A DNA stretch of 64,000 bases, taken from the NCBI GenBank assembly GCA_016926255.1, contig JAFGOY010000053.1, forward strand, positions 68,919 to 132,918, in the 5' to 3' direction. The notes under the pieces were generated by a model. It had not been told where the DNA came from. It worked only from the letters and a program-made list of their open reading frames with translations, and searched no databases. Every line of letters begins with the position of its first letter. Positions within the stretch are counted from its first letter, which is position 1. The DNA comes from Anaerolineae bacterium (lineage in GTDB: Bacteria; Chloroflexota; Anaerolineae; Aggregatilineales; UBA3940). A program made the position numbers and the translations under genes. Positions 33,763-43,550 of the stretch are shown one piece after another.

Positions 33763-35673
33763 ATGGCGGATAACTCAGACAACTTTGTTCCCGACTTTGA
33801 GGACGAAAATAAAAGTGGCCCACCGACCCCGCCGGTGCTTCCTGACCGTTCGGACGTCTCTGCGCATGCATTGGGGAGTGTTGAGGCCAGCGCCGTGCCG
33901 GATTTTTCCGACGAATCGCCGGAGAGCGCACCCGTTGAGCGATTCGAACAGATGGTCATCTCAGATGATCTGTTTATCCCTGCTTTTGAAGATGAATACA
34001 ATTCGACGCCGACTCACAAGCTGGTTTCCGTCAGCGACCTGCTGGATGGCAACGATGAACTCTCGCTCGAAATGGATGAACCACCAGAAGCGCCAGTCTC
34101 TACTCCCCCGGCCCCACCAGCCCGCATGAGCGACAAAAAACCCTCTGACCTGCCGGATATACCGGAAGATGACGAGGAAGTGGTGGTGCGTGTTTTCTTC
34201 GCGCCGGGGGGCAGAGAATCCGCGCCGCCTATCGAAAAGCCGAAAATGCCCGTTCCCGCGCCCCCCGTTGAACCGGTCCCGGCCCCCATGCCGCCTGAGA
34301 TCGGCTGGTCTCGGCCAACCGATCTCCCTGCTCAATCGGGACCTATTGAAGATGCTAATGATACCCGGCCTGAATGGGAGCCTTTTGGGATCGACCTGCC
34401 TGTCGAGCAGCCGGAATCGCTGATCCCCGGCCCGGACTGGGAAGAGAAATCATCGCCGCCAACCGGCGAATACCCGGAATTGAAACGAGACATCCAGCGG
34501 GAAGCAGAGCGGCAGCGTTTGAAGTTAAGCCCGGCTTTTGTGTTCATCATTTCGGCACTGGCGACCCTGGTACTGTTAGGAGGAGGGCTTCTTGCCTTCG
34601 GCTATTTCACGGACACCCTGCCGCCGCAGGCCAGGGAATTGATCGAGAGCGGGATAGCACTGTTTGGCGGCGAACCCGGAGGCATCGGCCCGAATGCATC
34701 GGATAAAACTGCAACACTCCCGACCGGGATCATTATCGAGCCCTCCCTGGGGCCAAGCGAAACGCCTTCCGCCCAGGTGACAATGCTGCCTACTCTCACC
34801 GTCACGCCAACCACCGCACCGCCCCCTGTTCCCTCCGATACAGTCGAACCATCGGATTCGATCCCGGCGCTCCCCGGCCCCACCCTGACGCCGTCCATTG
34901 TGCTGCTGGAGAATAACCAGATTGAACAAAACGGTGCTGTGATGGTCTATGTACCAGAAGGCAGCTTCCAGATGGGATCGAGCAGTAACGAGCATATGGT
35001 ATCGCTCGACGCCTACTATATCGACAGAACGGAAGTGACCAACAGGCAGTGGCGCGAATGCGTCGCCGCGGAAATCTGCGAGCAGCCCGCCTCAACCGTT
35101 GATTACGCAGGAGATCCATACTATGGCGTCAGCGAGTTCTATGATTACCCGGTGATCTATATTGACTGGAACCAGGCCTACACCTACTGCACCTGGCGCG
35201 GGGCGCGGCTCCCCACCGAAGCCGAGTGGGAAAAAGCCGCTCGCTGGGACATCGATACAGCCTCTGCACTGAATTATCCCTGGGGTAAGGACTGGGACCC
35301 AACCCTCCTGAATTTCTGCGATCAGAACTGCCCATTGAGCGGCGCGGAACTTTCCGCCGACGATGGCTGGGCACAAACCGCGCCAGTCGGAAGTTTCACC
35401 GGTGGAGCCAGCCCGGTTGGGGCGCTTGACATGGCGGGCAACGTCGCCGAGTGGGTCTACGATTGGTTTGACGACAATTACTATTCCGTCTCACCGGAAT
35501 CCAACCCGACCGGCCCGGATGAAGGCACACAGCGCGTGGCGCGCGGTGGAGCCTGGGGGGTGAGTGACTCGCGGCTTTTGCTCAGTTCGATCCGCTCCCG
35601 CTTTGAACCCGACGAAGCCGGGCCTGGCACCGGTTTCCGCTGTGCGATATCGGCTGAGGCGGTAGAGCAGTAG
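33763..35673 (+). CDS. formylglycine-generating-enzyme (SUMF1/FGE) domain protein with a long Pro/acidic-rich N-terminal region and one TM helix
   Basis: C-terminal FGE-sulfatase domain (YYIDRTEVTNRQW, RLPTEAEWEKAAR, RVARGGAWG). TM helix FVFIISALATLVLLGGGLLAFGYF. ~250 low-complexity aa precede it. Confidence 0.8.
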   Translation: MADNSDNFVPDFEDENKSGPPTPPVLPDRSDVSAHALGSVEASAVPDFSDESPESAPVERFEQMVISDDLFIPAFEDEYNSTPTHKLVSVSDLLDGNDELSLEMDEPPEAPVSTPPAPPARMSDKKPSDLPDIPEDDEEVVVRVFFAPGGRESAPPIEKPKMPVPAPPVEPVPAPMPPEIGWSRPTDLPAQSGPIEDANDTRPEWEPFGIDLPVEQPESLIPGPDWEEKSSPPTGEYPELKRDIQREAERQRLKLSPAFVFIISALATLVLLGGGLLAFGYFTDTLPPQARELIESGIALFGGEPGGIGPNASDKTATLPTGIIIEPSLGPSETPSAQVTMLPTLTVTPTTAPPPVPSDTVEPSDSIPALPGPTLTPSIVLLENNQIEQNGAVMVYVPEGSFQMGSSSNEHMVSLDAYYIDRTEVTNRQWRECVAAEICEQPASTVDYAGDPYYGVSEFYDYPVIYIDWNQAYTYCTWRGARLPTEAEWEKAARWDIDTASALNYPWGKDWDPTLLNFCDQNCPLSGAELSADDGWAQTAPVGSFTGGASPVGALDMAGNVAEWVYDWFDDNYYSVSPESNPTGPDEGTQRVARGGAWGVSDSRLLLSSIRSRFEPDEAGPGTGFRCAISAEAVEQ

Positions 35674-35677
35674 AGTC

Positions 35678-36172
35678 ATGGCGCGGAAAAAGAAGCCGGT
35701 CAAGAACCTCGCGATGCGTGTTCTGGAAGGTCAGAACATGTTCTATGAAGTCATCGAGTTCCCAGACACTATTCATGACGCGACCGCCGTCGCCGAATAT
35801 GTGGGCCTGCCACCTGACCATGTCTATAAGACCCTGGTCGTCGAAGCCGATCAGCCGGATGTTAAGCCAATGCTGATCATGATCGCGGCCAATCGTTCGC
35901 TCGACCTGAAGAAAGTCGCCAGCGCGGTGGGGCTGAAGAAAGTCCATATGGCACGCCACGCTGACGCCGAACGGATCACCGGTCTGAAAGTCGGCGGTAT
36001 TTCAGCCCTGGCCCTCTTGAACCGGGGATTTACCATTTACATCGACCAACCGGCGGCGGCGCTCGACACGGTTGCCGTCAGCGCAGGACAGCGCGGCCTG
36101 AACCTTCGGATACCCGTCGACGATTTAATCCGGGTAACCGCTGCACAAATCATAGACGCTTCTGTTGATTGA
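35678..36172 (+). CDS. ybaK: YbaK/EbsC-type aminoacyl-tRNA deacylase
   Basis: YbaK-domain pattern (KTLVVEADQ...MLIMIAANRSLDLKKVA...GLKVGGISAL). Confidence 0.85.
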   Translation: MARKKKPVKNLAMRVLEGQNMFYEVIEFPDTIHDATAVAEYVGLPPDHVYKTLVVEADQPDVKPMLIMIAANRSLDLKKVASAVGLKKVHMARHADAERITGLKVGGISALALLNRGFTIYIDQPAAALDTVAVSAGQRGLNLRIPVDDLIRVTAAQIIDASVD

Positions 36173-36602
36173 GGAAAAAGGAATCGTGGTAATTACAAAG
36201 GAGATTTCTCTTAACACACGCGGGAACGCCGATATGCACGATATCACCGCCGAAGTCGCCCGGCTCGTATCCGAGTCGGAACTCAACAGCGGCGTCGTGA
36301 CTATTTTCTGTCCCAGTTCCACCAGCGGGCTGACGACCATTGAGTTCGAAAGCGGCGCGCTCTCGGACCTTGAACGTCTATTCGACGAGATCGTCGACCC
36401 CCGGCGGGATTATCGCCACGACCAGCGCTGGCACGACGGCAACGGGCACAGCCACGTCCGCGCGGCGCTGCTCGGCCCCAGCCTTTCGGTGCCCTTTGTT
36501 TCACAACGCTTGACGCTCGGCACCTGGCAGCAGATTCTCTACATCGATTTCGATACGCGCCCGCGTAAACGCCAGCTAGTCATGCAGATCATCGGCGAAT
36601 GA
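36165..36602 (+). CDS. yjbQ: YjbQ/UPF0047 family protein (secondary thiamine-phosphate synthase-like)
   Basis: Family pattern ..DITAEV...SGVVTIFCPSSTSGLTTIE...DGNGHSHVRAALLGPS...GTWQQILYIDFD. TTG start at 36165, with GTG 36186 (GAGGAAAAAGG SD) as an alternative. Confidence 0.85.
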   Translation: MIEEKGIVVITKEISLNTRGNADMHDITAEVARLVSESELNSGVVTIFCPSSTSGLTTIEFESGALSDLERLFDEIVDPRRDYRHDQRWHDGNGHSHVRAALLGPSLSVPFVSQRLTLGTWQQILYIDFDTRPRKRQLVMQIIGE

Positions 36603-37093
36603 TGAGGCGAAAAATTCTTCAAGTCACCCTCCTGGTCGCAGCGGTTGGGCTGGCACTGGCATCGCTGGCGGCAACTTATACAGCTGTCCGGCGTGTCCAT
36701 CGCCCTTACCGACAGGCAGGCGGTGCGGTAGCGGTCGAGGGAGTTATCACCGAAAAGCTTGTCGAGCAGCGTACCGATCGTTTTCTCCCGTTTGAAGTTA
36801 CCACCTATATTATCCGCTACGCCTTCCCCAACACCCAGGGAAAGATGCGAACCGGCGAGCAGGACGTTACCCGGCGCTTCTACGATCGCACAGGCGGGCA
36901 GGGCACGCCAATCACGGTGACCATTGCCGCCGGTGATTCGGCGATCAGCGCGGTCGATCCATATGGCACATTTCCCGGTATCGCCGGTTGGCGCCTCTCG
37001 ATGGGATTGACAGGATTTGTCATCGCGGTGGCACTTGCAGTCGCCGCCAACCGGTTCTCCTCAAAGAAGACAACAGCCCGATCTGCCCCCTGA
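36599..37093 (+). CDS. DUF3592-like two-TM membrane protein
   Basis: TM helices at both ends flank a beta-rich middle (VEGVITEK...YIIRYAF). ATGA overlap with yjbQ. Confidence 0.6.
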   Translation: MMRRKILQVTLLVAAVGLALASLAATYTAVRRVHRPYRQAGGAVAVEGVITEKLVEQRTDRFLPFEVTTYIIRYAFPNTQGKMRTGEQDVTRRFYDRTGGQGTPITVTIAAGDSAISAVDPYGTFPGIAGWRLSMGLTGFVIAVALAVAANRFSSKKTTARSAP

Positions 37094-37171
37094 AAGGGGG
37101 AAGTGGCGGGGCGCAGCCCCGTCGAAGGGGGTGGGGTCGGACGAAGGAGGCATGGGCCGGGGCAATATCCA

Positions 37172-39121
37172 TCAATCGTCGATGACGACACTGCCCAGGA
37201 TATTCGTCACCTGGATATCGACCCGGTCGGTGGAACCCTGGTATCCACTCGTCGTCCAGTCGCCCATCTCGGTTTCCTCGAAGCGGTCACTTCGAAAATC
37301 AAGACTAGCCATACCATCCAACGTCACCAATGCTTCGATCTCGTCAGGGACCTTGATGGTGATACCGCCGACCCCGGCAGTCGTCTGAACCTCGTAGTCA
37401 CCGTGACCGGGCAGTTCGATATAGATGGAACCGGCAAGGCCAACTACCTTGATCGATTTCAGGTTCAACGCTGTATCGTCGTCGGGCAGCCGGAAGATGA
37501 ATTCCCCTCCCCCACTTTCGATGTCGACCATGAGATTCTCAGCGTGTGAGGGCAGGGTGATATCGTACCTGCCGCCGTTCCCCTCGATTCTCAGTGATTC
37601 GATATTCAGGTCTTCGAGATCGACATCCAGTTCACCGGCATCGACGGTCAACGAGAGACTGACCGGGACAGCATCGGTGATGCCCAGTTCAAGATTGGCC
37701 GCCTCGAAGGGATCGAACAGCGAATCCTGGAAAATCTCCACCTTACCACCGCCGGACGATTCTTGATAATCCATTCTCAGGTTATCGTAATCTTCCCCGA
37801 CCCGGTAGCTGGCCTCGACCGCGTTGGGACTGTCCTCAAGGGCGTAAACGTCAAGGTTGCCATGCCCGATCTCAAGCGATACATCCAACTCGTCGACATC
37901 CTCTAATTCCTGCTCCAGGGAATAGGTCGCCTTGGCCATTGCGGGAATCGGTAAAAACGCACGAACTGTGGGAACCTGCGACCCGGCAAACGGACGCCAG
38001 TAGGGTTCGGAGAAAACCGAGAGGACAAGGAGCAAGATCAAAAAGAGAAAGGCCGTCAAAAACGGCCTGCGCCGCCTGGGTTGGCGAACCTGACGTAAGG
38101 CTCGCCTTGAGTGACGATCGGTCGCCGTACCTGATTCGGTTTGTGGGGATGGCGGCACCGACGTGGGTTTGCGAATCACTTTCGTTTTCGGGGCGGATTT
38201 CATCCCGGGAACCTGCTGAGTCTGTGAAACGACAGTGATCTCGTTCAGGTCGGGCATCGAATAACGGGTCGGCTCCCGGACAGGAATCTCCGGCATGCTG
38301 ATCGTACCCCCACCAGCGACCAGTTCGATGTCCTTCGCCATTTGAACGGCAGTGGGATACCGATCACCGGGATGTTTTGCCAGCGCACGCTGGATCACCG
38401 AGCCAATCCCCTCCGGCAGACTGGGATCGACTTCGAGGATGTTGGGCACCGGGTCAAGGATGTGCTTCATCGCAACGCCCATCGGGGTGTTTGCCTCGTA
38501 GGGCATCTCGCCGGTAAGCATCTCGAACAGGATGACACCCAGCGAGTAGATATCGCTGCGGCCATCGATATCATTATTACCATAAGCCTGCTCTGGACTC
38601 ATATAAGCAGGCGTGCCGATGACCGCACTGCCGGTCAGGGCTGCCGTCACTTCGCTGAGCTTGGCGATTCCAAAGTCAGAAAGGTATGCATCGCCATACC
38701 GATCAAACAGGATGTTGGCCGGTTTGAGGTCACGGTGGATGACCCCCCGCTGGTGTGCTTCGTCGAGTGCCGAACCGATGCGGCCTAGCACAGCCGAGGA
38801 ATCGCTCAACTTCAGCGATCCATTGTTAACACGTTCCGAGAGAGAGCCGCCAGTCATATACCGCATGACCAGAAAGGGCATATCCTCCTGCTGTCCGAAA
38901 TCATAAACGGGAACAATCGCGAAGTGTTCCAGTGCAGCAACCGTCTTGGCTTCCCGGTCGAACCGGTCACGAAACAGGGGATCGTGCAGATACTGCGAGG
39001 GTAAAACTTTGATTGCTACTTCACGGTCAAAGTTTGGATCACGCGCCAGGTAAACTGTTGCCATCCCACCCCGACCGATCTCTTTCTGGATGACGTACCT
39101 GCCAATTTTATCCAAAGCCAT
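37172..39121 (-). CDS. Ser/Thr protein kinase with a TM helix and an extracytoplasmic toast-rack-like (DUF4097/LiaF-C-like) domain
   Basis: Kinase motifs GRGGMATVY, AIKVL, HRDLKPANILF, DFGIAK and GTPAYMSPEQ. TM helix FLTAFLFLILLLVLSVF. The C-terminal ~270 aa align by eye with the neighbour at 39282-40220. Confidence 0.9.
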   Translation of the reverse strand: MALDKIGRYVIQKEIGRGGMATVYLARDPNFDREVAIKVLPSQYLHDPLFRDRFDREAKTVAALEHFAIVPVYDFGQQEDMPFLVMRYMTGGSLSERVNNGSLKLSDSSAVLGRIGSALDEAHQRGVIHRDLKPANILFDRYGDAYLSDFGIAKLSEVTAALTGSAVIGTPAYMSPEQAYGNNDIDGRSDIYSLGVILFEMLTGEMPYEANTPMGVAMKHILDPVPNILEVDPSLPEGIGSVIQRALAKHPGDRYPTAVQMAKDIELVAGGGTISMPEIPVREPTRYSMPDLNEITVVSQTQQVPGMKSAPKTKVIRKPTSVPPSPQTESGTATDRHSRRALRQVRQPRRRRPFLTAFLFLILLLVLSVFSEPYWRPFAGSQVPTVRAFLPIPAMAKATYSLEQELEDVDELDVSLEIGHGNLDVYALEDSPNAVEASYRVGEDYDNLRMDYQESSGGGKVEIFQDSLFDPFEAANLELGITDAVPVSLSLTVDAGELDVDLEDLNIESLRIEGNGGRYDITLPSHAENLMVDIESGGGEFIFRLPDDDTALNLKSIKVVGLAGSIYIELPGHGDYEVQTTAGVGGITIKVPDEIEALVTLDGMASLDFRSDRFEETEMGDWTTSGYQGSTDRVDIQVTNILGSVVIDD

Positions 39122-39204
39122 TATTCTACATCCCAGGTTACGAAAAGTGACATTGAAAACACATAACGAGTGGATTTTATACCGTAAATGACAAGGATGC
39201 TATC

Positions 39205-39256
39205 AAAAAAAGTAACAATGCCACAACGGTACTATCTGAATCCCTCGTGGCATTGT
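39205..39256 (-). terminator. intrinsic terminator after the toast-rack gene
   Basis: Minus strand perfect 10-bp stem ACAAUGCCAC...GUGGCAUUGU (22-nt loop), then UAC and U7. Confidence 0.8.
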
Positions 39257-39281
39257 CAGTTTAGCTGGGCCAGATGCCCGA

Positions 39282-40220
39282 TTATTCGTGGATTTGGATT
39301 TCGCCGACTCCGGAATCGATGCTGATGATGAGCCCGCTGCTTTCGGTAAAACCGCGCGTTTCCCATTTATCATCATCAACCTTCTGGAAGCGTTCTGACA
39401 GATTAACGCTGGTCAGCCCACCATCGATCTCGATACGGGCTTCCTGGCTGCCGGGAACGGCCAGTTCGACCCGTCCGACTCCGGCATTGACATCCACCTC
39501 GAAGGCTCCCTCATCAGGTAGAACGATGACAACTTCACCCGCCCCACCATCAACTTTCAAGGATTCAAGATCGACGCCGGACAGATCCATATTAAGCGAC
39601 CCAACGCCGGTATCGACCTTCAAGTCAACGGGCACACTCTCCGTGATTCTCAAATCCAACTCGCCGATATAACCCGGCCCGGTTGGGAACCAGAAATCCG
39701 GACCGCCCTGCGAGATGCTCAAATCACCCCGCGAACCATGTCGGTCATATTCGACGAGAAGGTCAAGGTTCTCGTCAGTCGTGTATGATCCCTCGACCAC
39801 ATAGCGGCTGTCGGACAGCCCCTCGACGGTCGCCGAAGCAGCTCCGATCTCGATGTAGGCTTCAAGCCGATCCACATCGCCGAGTTCGATCTGCTCGATA
39901 TCCCGTGTGATCGTCTGGCCTGAAGGCATCGCTGCCGGGGAACTCGTCGTTCCAACCCAGTAAATCATGCCGACCACGACCACCAATCCGATCAACGCGG
40001 CAACAATACTGCCAATCGTCGAACGTCCCAGGACAATATCCAGGCCAATCAGGATCAAAAAGATGGGCCACAGTCGCCACAACGCCCACCATTGAAAATC
40101 GATCACGCCAAGATTGTTAAGCAGAAACGCGACACCAAGCCCGATCAGAATGACGGCCCCTGATATCCCTCGCGCACCATGCCGGTGCGGACGCTCTTGA
40201 AAAGTTTGTTCTTCTGTCAT
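39282..40220 (-). CDS. LiaF-like membrane protein with a C-terminal toast-rack (DUF4097-like) domain
   Basis: Four N-terminal TM helices (LiaI/LiaF-TM-like), then a beta-repeat domain (VPVDLKVDTGVGSLNMDLSGVDLESLKVDGGAGEVVIVLP...). The family call is from memory. Confidence 0.7.
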   Translation of the reverse strand: MTEEQTFQERPHRHGARGISGAVILIGLGVAFLLNNLGVIDFQWWALWRLWPIFLILIGLDIVLGRSTIGSIVAALIGLVVVVGMIYWVGTTSSPAAMPSGQTITRDIEQIELGDVDRLEAYIEIGAASATVEGLSDSRYVVEGSYTTDENLDLLVEYDRHGSRGDLSISQGGPDFWFPTGPGYIGELDLRITESVPVDLKVDTGVGSLNMDLSGVDLESLKVDGGAGEVVIVLPDEGAFEVDVNAGVGRVELAVPGSQEARIEIDGGLTSVNLSERFQKVDDDKWETRGFTESSGLIISIDSGVGEIQIHE

Positions 40221-40249
40221 TGATATTACCGATATCCTCTCAACCCAAT

Positions 40250-40687
40250 TTACTCCCGACTGCGGGAGAATAGTAAGTAACCGCCAACCAGGATCAGCGC
40301 CAGCGGCCAGACAATCGCCACGCTGACCTGCGGCACGAACGTCTTCAACAGGAAGACGCCGCCAATGGCAACCAGCACGACTCCGATCAGCACCCCACCC
40401 TGGTTGGTATCCCGCAGCGACCGGCCAAAACTGGAGGCCCGCTGGCGAATATCATTGATATTGGCGTGTACCACGTCTTCACCGGCCAGTTCCCCGGCGC
40501 CTTTTTCCGGAACGATCAACCAGAGGATCAGATACGCCAGAATTCCCATTCCGTTAACCAGTGCTAAAGCAACGAACACCAGCCGGATAAGCACCGGGTC
40601 GACTCCAAAATAGTCACCCAGGCCAGTGCATACACCCCCGATGATCCGGTTTTCATGGCTCCGGTAAAGTTTTTTAGATTCAGACAT
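40250..40687 (-). CDS. PspC domain membrane protein
   Basis: PspC motif LYRSHENRIIGGVCTGLGDYFGVDPVLIRLVFV. 29 nt upstream of the toast-rack gene. Confidence 0.85.
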   Translation of the reverse strand: MSESKKLYRSHENRIIGGVCTGLGDYFGVDPVLIRLVFVALALVNGMGILAYLILWLIVPEKGAGELAGEDVVHANINDIRQRASSFGRSLRDTNQGGVLIGVVLVAIGGVFLLKTFVPQVSVAIVWPLALILVGGYLLFSRSRE

Positions 40688-40816
40688 TAATTCACTCTCT
40701 CAACTGCAAGTCATTCTATTGTTGTATCTCACAAACCATTACGCACTGAACGGGTAAAGGTTGCGCCCACCGCAAAATTTATTGTAACCGAATGCACGGC
40801 GTGATACTATTGCAAC

Positions 40817-41692
40817 ATGGTCAACCAGAACATCACAATTCACCCGGTATCTGAACTCGACATTCGGCAGTTCGTAAAGGCACTCAATACCGCCTATGCG
40901 GATTACCACGTACCGATTCAGCTTACCAGACATACTTTTCTCGACCTCGCCGAGCGCGAATCGGTCAGCCTGGATGCTTCCTGCGCAGCAGTAGATAACG
41001 GCAAGATTGTGGGGATGGGGCTACTGGGTCTGCGCCAGCGGCGGGGATGGATCGGCGGAATGGGGGTGATCCCCACATACAGACGGCAGGGAATCGGGCG
41101 GACGATCATGCAGGCATTGCTGGAACGTGCCTGGGCTCTTGGGCTGGATACCGTCCAGCTTGAAGTCATCACCGATAACACGGCAGCCTATACTCTTTAC
41201 CAGTCATTGGGTTTTCGAACCCGGCGGCTGCTGCTTGTTCTGAACTGTACTCACTCGCGGCAAAGACCGATCAGGGGCAGGAATGATCTCGTGATCCAGG
41301 AAGAACCGGCGGAGGAACTGGTCGAGGACCTGGCCGAGTTTGCTGCATCGGACCCTTCCTGGCAGACAGAGATCGATGCACAGCGATTGATCCTCCCAAC
41401 ACTCTATGGCTTATCGGCCCGGCAGCAGTTTGATCGTCAGTTGTCAGGGATATGCTTTTACCAGTATAACGGTCACCAGGGCAGTGTGACACACCTGTGC
41501 GCCGCCAACCAGGAATGCGGCAGTATGCTGCTCTCGCACCTGCTGGATCATCATCGGGTTGCTAGTTTTTCCTACCTCAACGTCCCGGAAAACGATCCGA
41601 TGCTGCCGCCATTAGAAAAAGCCGGATTCAAAGTAAGCCTCAGACAGTACGAGATGATACTCGCCAACCCACAGGAGACTCGATCATCATGA
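40817..41692 (+). CDS. GNAT family N-acetyltransferase (two-domain)
   Basis: Acetyl-CoA motif VIPTYRRQGIGRTIMQALLERA and YQSLGF. The C-terminal half is GNAT-like but degenerate. Confidence 0.75.
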   Translation: MVNQNITIHPVSELDIRQFVKALNTAYADYHVPIQLTRHTFLDLAERESVSLDASCAAVDNGKIVGMGLLGLRQRRGWIGGMGVIPTYRRQGIGRTIMQALLERAWALGLDTVQLEVITDNTAAYTLYQSLGFRTRRLLLVLNCTHSRQRPIRGRNDLVIQEEPAEELVEDLAEFAASDPSWQTEIDAQRLILPTLYGLSARQQFDRQLSGICFYQYNGHQGSVTHLCAANQECGSMLLSHLLDHHRVASFSYLNVPENDPMLPPLEKAGFKVSLRQYEMILANPQETRSS

Positions 41693-43539
41693 CCGGTTCA
41701 CGACCACTTCGACATAAACTGCTGCATCTCGCCTGTGTGGTGCTTATTGTAACTGCCGGTTTTGCCGCCGGTGGATGCCAGCCCCAGCCCACACTCGCTC
41801 CCACCCCGACCCGGACGGCCATGCCACCCGACGAGCAGGCTGCAGAAACCGAAGCCGCAGAAACTCAGGAACCGGAGGTAGTAGAAGAAGGTGAACAGGA
41901 AGACCCGACGATCATCTCTATCGACCTGGGAACGCCCCCGGAGACAATAGACCCGGCTAAGGTCGCCCCGCTCAACGGCGCAGAAAACGATCTGGTCGAC
42001 AACCTGTTCGCCGGGCTATTCAGAATCAACCCGCAGACAAATCAGCTTGAACCGGGCCTGGCCGAAAGCTGGGAAAAAACCGAAGACGGCCTGACCTGGT
42101 GGATCAGGCTTCGCCAGGATATTTACTGGGTGAAGATCAACCCGCAGACCGAGCAGATCGAACCGGTAAGGTCGATCAATGCTGAGGATGTCGTCTACTC
42201 GGTCAGACGCATCTGCCACCCATCGACCGGTACCCCGCTTGGCTACCAGCCCGGCATGTTCCTGATCGAAGGCTGCGAAGCGATCAACGCCATGCGAAAC
42301 CCGCTGCCCACGGACGAGGACATTGAACAAACGCTGGGTGTGAAAGTCATCGATGACTACATTGTCGAGTTCACGCTGACCGAAGATTCGGCGGTCTTCC
42401 CTTCGATCCTCGCCATGTCGATGTTCCACCCCGTCCCCGCTGACCTGGTCGACGTGGAGGGAGATGCCTGGACAAATCCAGAAACGATCTGGACGAGCGG
42501 GCCGTACACTCTTCAACCCACCATCCCGGCAGAGGAAGGCTACACGCTGATCGCCAACCCGCACTGGCCGATTGAACGCACCGGGAATATCGATATTATC
42601 CTGATCGGCTTCGACAATACCGGGGAAGCCTATCAGGCATGGAAGGAAGGCTCACTCGAACTGGTAACCGTACCAGCCGATCAACTGGCCAATACGCCCT
42701 TCCGCAACGACCCCGCCTACCGGATGCTGGCGCTACCAGGAACTTCGTTTATCGTCTTTTCCTACGAATCGTACCCGGTCAACGATCCGCTCGTCCGCCG
42801 GGCGCTTTCGCTGTCAATCGACCGGGAAGCATTTGTTTATGAAACACTCGCCATGACCAGGCAGGCAGGGCTTCCCGCCGCATCGCTCGTTCCACCGGGG
42901 AGCGTCCTCGCACCGCCATTCGATGAAAAGGCAACCGGCTATGATCCCGATGCGGCACGGGCAGCACTCGAAGAAGCCGGGTATCCGGGCTGTTACAGCT
43001 TCCCGCGCTCATATTTCTACACGGATGACACGGACAACGCCCTTGAGATCGCTAACACCTATATCGCCATGTGGGAGAAAGAATTAGGCTGCACGGGACG
43101 GTTCATCGTCAGGCGCAAACCGCTGCGCGAACTGTACGATCTGCTCCAGACACCACAGACAATGGTCGTCGACAATGAGGAAACGCAGCGCCCAATCATG
43201 ATCACGCTCGCCTGGGAAGCCGATTATCCCGATACACAGCACTGGCTGGCCGATATCCTGGGCTGCCAGGAGTTGTTCCCCGATGCCTACCTCGACCAGC
43301 TGCGCACCTGTGGCACATTCGACCGGCAGTTAGAGCAGGCACCCGGAGAATTCGATGACGAGACTCGCGCCGAGACTTATGCATCTATCCTCGACGGTCT
43401 GTTCAGCGATACAGGAGAAATGCCGGTCATCCCGCTCTATTATTACGCCCGCCCGCTGGCGATCAGCGACCGGCTGGATATCACGGACACTCACGCCGGG
43501 CCGCTGCATTTCGACCGGTGGGTGCTCGAAAGCGAGTAG
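41689..43539 (+). CDS. ABC transporter substrate-binding lipoprotein, family 5 (peptide/nickel, OppA/DppA-like)
   Basis: Lipobox AAGGC, acidic linker, SBP_bac_5-like body (LAESWE...[15 protein letters not shown]). ATGA overlap with the GNAT gene. No permease or ATPase genes nearby. Confidence 0.85.
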   Translation: MTGSRPLRHKLLHLACVVLIVTAGFAAGGCQPQPTLAPTPTRTAMPPDEQAAETEAAETQEPEVVEEGEQEDPTIISIDLGTPPETIDPAKVAPLNGAENDLVDNLFAGLFRINPQTNQLEPGLAESWEKTEDGLTWWIRLRQDIYWVKINPQTEQIEPVRSINAEDVVYSVRRICHPSTGTPLGYQPGMFLIEGCEAINAMRNPLPTDEDIEQTLGVKVIDDYIVEFTLTEDSAVFPSILAMSMFHPVPADLVDVEGDAWTNPETIWTSGPYTLQPTIPAEEGYTLIANPHWPIERTGNIDIILIGFDNTGEAYQAWKEGSLELVTVPADQLANTPFRNDPAYRMLALPGTSFIVFSYESYPVNDPLVRRALSLSIDREAFVYETLAMTRQAGLPAASLVPPGSVLAPPFDEKATGYDPDAARAALEEAGYPGCYSFPRSYFYTDDTDNALEIANTYIAMWEKELGCTGRFIVRRKPLRELYDLLQTPQTMVVDNEETQRPIMITLAWEADYPDTQHWLADILGCQELFPDAYLDQLRTCGTFDRQLEQAPGEFDDETRAETYASILDGLFSDTGEMPVIPLYYYARPLAISDRLDITDTHAGPLHFDRWVLESE

Positions 43540-43550
43540 GGAACAGCCGC

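Noticed and set aside
31898-37093. Genomic island integrated at tRNA-Arg(CCU)
   Set aside because: I saw no integrase, no direct repeat of the tRNA 3' end and no compositional break. The flanking genes (SGNH, FGE, ybaK, yjbQ) look like ordinary chromosomal genes.
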